A stretch of DNA of 59,885 bases, counting the filler, from Asterionella formosa (Eukaryota), in the NCBI GenBank assembly GCA_002256025.1. It is 4 parts of 4 records of this genome, joined end to end, with 100 filler letters (N's around TTAATTAATTAA, not from the genome) between each part and the next. Parts side by side here need not be neighbours in the genome. Positions count along the whole stretch, not along the records: positions 46,998 to 59,885 come from NKIB01005401.1; 3 more parts are not named here. One strand, given 5' to 3'. Of the stretch, positions 59,713 through 59,885 are shown one piece after another. The notes under the pieces were generated by a model. The model saw only the letters and a list, made by a program, of their open reading frames with translations, searched no databases and was not told the DNA's origin. The first letter of the stretch is position 1. Each line of letters opens with the position of its first letter. Made by a program: the position numbers and the translations under genes.

Positions 59713-59885
59713 GGCGCTTTGGTGTGGTTCAAAGAGAGAAGGTTCCAGTATGTTAAAATTGCAACTCGTGAAGATGTCGTGTTCGTCTTCACGGAAGCCT
59801 TTGCTAGGTGATGCTGTTTCCGCTTTCCATTCCCATTCCCATACGTGCAGCTGGTTCTTTGCAGCTCTATGTACATACCAGGTAC

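Overview
Eukaryotic DNA, most likely from a diatom or other stramenopile (inferred from the transposon families and gene content). The window is not one continuous locus. It is four unrelated contigs joined by artificial 100-nt spacers (44 N + TTAATTAATTAA + 44 N); the two complete ones are ~15.5 kb. Apparently intact host genes: GT77-like glycosyltransferase, HAD hydrolase, a membrane protein of unknown function, two small WGxF[VI]D proteins, a membrane-anchored FABP/lipocalin, GH18 chitinase, UCH37-like deubiquitinase, NmrA-like reductase, a SANT protein, a 4-exon G8/CBM/beta-helix surface protein, and a TauD dioxygenase-aldo/keto reductase fusion. These sit among decayed mobile elements: a LINE, a two-gene PIF/Harbinger, a Crypton tyrosine-recombinase transposon, two Copia elements, a pogo-like remnant and a large Plavaka-type element with a dispersed intron-bearing module. 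Most notable: the TauD-AKR fusion; an ARM-repeat gene with near-identical 126-bp units and hypervariable codons; clusters of GGTACC/TACCAGG upstream of most intact genes; and a cryptic micro-exon gene inside a three-copy repeat. All calls come from reading the sequence by eye; no searches were run.
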